From positions 62,001 through 126,000 of the forward strand of contig JALMLS010000424.1 in the NCBI GenBank assembly GCA_038496445.1: DNA of 64,000 nucleotides, in the 5' to 3' direction. The translations under genes and the position numbers were made by a program. Of the stretch, positions 62,096 through 64,000 are shown in pieces. This DNA is from Trichosphaerium sp. ATCC 40318 (taxonomy: Eukaryota; Protista; Tubulinea). Within the stretch, counting starts at the first letter, position 1. Each line of letters begins with the position of its first letter. The notes under the pieces are model-generated. The model saw nothing but the letters and a program-made list of their open reading frames with translations, was not told the DNA's origin and did not search any database.

Positions 62096-64000
62096 TACCT
62101 GGTTGAGCCTGCCAGGAGTGATAAGCTTTCTCGAAGGATTAAGCCATGCAAGCTCAGCAAAGAGGTATCCTCGGAGCCGCAAACGGCTCCTTAAAACGGT
62201 CGTAACCCACCCGACAAGACTAATAATGGTCACGTCATTTTGCACACAGGAACTCGTTTCCTAAACGCACTATAACCAAAACTCGTGGCCTCCCCCGCGG
62301 ATAACCGGGATTAAAGGAAACCTGCGGCTAATACGTAATGCGCCTAGCGCTGCCGATGGGCCCCTCTGCTGCAAGGACCCATCGGTCGCATCCAACGCTC
62401 AGGAGCGGACGATCACCCGATCCCATCTTGGTTCGCCAAGGGAAGCAGCCTCCCCTTAGGAAGCGGCGTCCGTACTCCGTCGGGAAGAGCGGCGTTGGGG
62501 CATGCGATGGAGTTACGAGGAGTTCTCTCTGACTAGACATGTTACTAAAAAAAGGTGTTAAGTTACACAAGGTGAAACTAGGTGAAAGAAAAATGAACAT
62601 TGTTCAAATCTCGATCCTTCGCCATGAATGTGCTTTTTCATAAAAAAGATCATATCGATATAAAGTTGAGAGTTCTCCCCCTCCACGAGTCGGAAGGGCG
62701 GCCGACCTATCAGCCAGGCGGTAGGGTAACGGCCTACCGCGGCAGTGACGGGTAACGGGGAACTAGGGTTCGGTTCCCGGAGAAGGGGCATTAGATACGG
62801 CCCCTGTACTTACGGGTAACAGCAGGCGCGTAACTTGGCCATTGATTGCAAATCGAGCCAGCGACTGAGTGTAACGAGGCCGGCATTTAAACCGGTCGTC
62901 GCAATGAGGGGCAACTGAATGTCGCCCTGAGAAACTATTGGAGGACAAGTTGGGTGCCAGCACCCGCGGTAACACCCACTCCGAAAGCTTATACTTTTGC
63001 TGTTGCTGTTAAAGCGCTCGCAGTCCAAACAACGACACAGCTGAGAGGGATAAGGTTTAGACGAGAATTTATTCTCTGACAAAACCCCCGACTCTTTTTC
63101 ATCGCCCGACCAGGCATAAATGGCTTCGCTCAAACGCAAGGTCAGTTTAGGCTTCGGCCGCTATGCCACCCACCAGCATCCTGGAATTGGGCTTTAAAAA
63201 AACAAAAACAACACTTTACCAAGTGCGACGCTCGAGTCTCATTTTACTAAGTATGAACAATATCCTGAAATGCAAGTCTGAGTGAAAACTTATGTTCTTC
63301 ATTAAGGGAATAAAAACATTGTGAATTATGCAAGTATTCTTGAGAAAAACTTGAGTTAGTCTTCACACTAATAAAGAACACACGATTACTAGGTGCGTAC
63401 GGGGTAGAGAGTGTGGTATCAGCGAGGAGTGAAATCTTTTGACCTGATCCAAACTACCCGAAGCGAAGGCGCTCTGCAAGGGCGTGGCCGGTGATCTAGA
63501 ACGATGGTGGAGGGAGCGAAGCGGATTAGAGACCCGTGTAGTCTCCACAGTAAACGATGCCGACTGAATGGGCGCCGGGCAAACCAAGGCTCGGGGCCCG
63601 TTCCCACGGGAAACCGAAGTAATCGGGCCCAGGGGGGAAGTATGGTCGCAAGGCTGAAACTTAAAGGCATTGACGGAGCAACACCACCAGGCTCTGGAGG
63701 CTGCGGCTCAATTTGACTCAACGCGCGACAACTTACCGGGATCGGACGCTCTAAGGGGACGAACAGACTGAAGGGTCTTTTCCGAGTTAGCTAACGGTGG
63801 TGCATGGTCGTTTTAGGCTCGTGGACTTATCTGTCAGGTTTATTCCGATAACGGGCGAGATCGCTACTGTCACATTGATTCCCCCGCCTCGTGCGGGACC
63901 CCTGTGCAGGACTGACGGCGAAAAGTCGTAAGAAGCGGCGGCTATAACAGATCCGGGATGCCCCCAGATATTCCGGGCCGCACGCGGCCTACACTGCTTA
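62096..64000 (+). rRNA. Highly divergent SSU (18S) rRNA gene, 3'-truncated by the window
   Basis: TACCTGGTTGAGCCTGCCAG, GATTAAGCCATGCA, CAGCAGGCGCGTAACTT, GTGCCAGCACCCGCGGTAA, TGGTCGCAAGGCTGAAACTTAAAGGCATTGACGG, GGTGGTGCATGG and GGGCCGCACGCG, in the expected order. Confidence 0.97.

Noticed and set aside
62531-62667. SSU insertions as spliceosomal or group I introns
   Set aside because: No convincing GT-AG boundaries and no P/Q/R/S core; the first two insertions are also too short for group I.
59511-63721. ORFs called in the spacer and SSU region
   Set aside because: They overlap rRNA or spacer sequence and show no protein motifs, so they are chance frames.

Overview
Compact, AT-rich, intron-dense eukaryotic nuclear DNA, most likely from an amoebozoan: the class I myosin closely resembles Acanthamoeba myosin IC. 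Most entries in the ORF track are exon fragments, so I rebuilt about 25 gene models by hand from splice signals. They include GMP synthase, IscA, myosin I, CPSF2, glutamate-cysteine ligase, a GH43 hydrolase, a nitrilase-family enzyme, an SPFH protein, an arrestin-SH3 adaptor, F-box proteins, several surface proteins and a tandem pair of Crinkler-like REase+kinase genes. After these come two tandem tRNA genes and the start of an rDNA unit (structured spacer plus a very divergent SSU rRNA gene running off the window). Main highlight: a gene at about 7.3-10.2 kb encoding an F-box fused to an iodothyronine-deiodinase-like domain, with an in-frame TGA at the selenocysteine position and a well-formed SECIS in its 3' UTR. 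Other highlights: a GT-AT U12-type intron in myosin I, frequent GC-AG introns, AT-rich insertions and a compensated central pseudoknot in the SSU rRNA, covarying hairpin repeats and a C/D-box motif in the rDNA spacer, and a GAA-anticodon tRNA with an atypical body. Coordinates of spliced genes are start-to-stop spans read by eye. No database searches were run.
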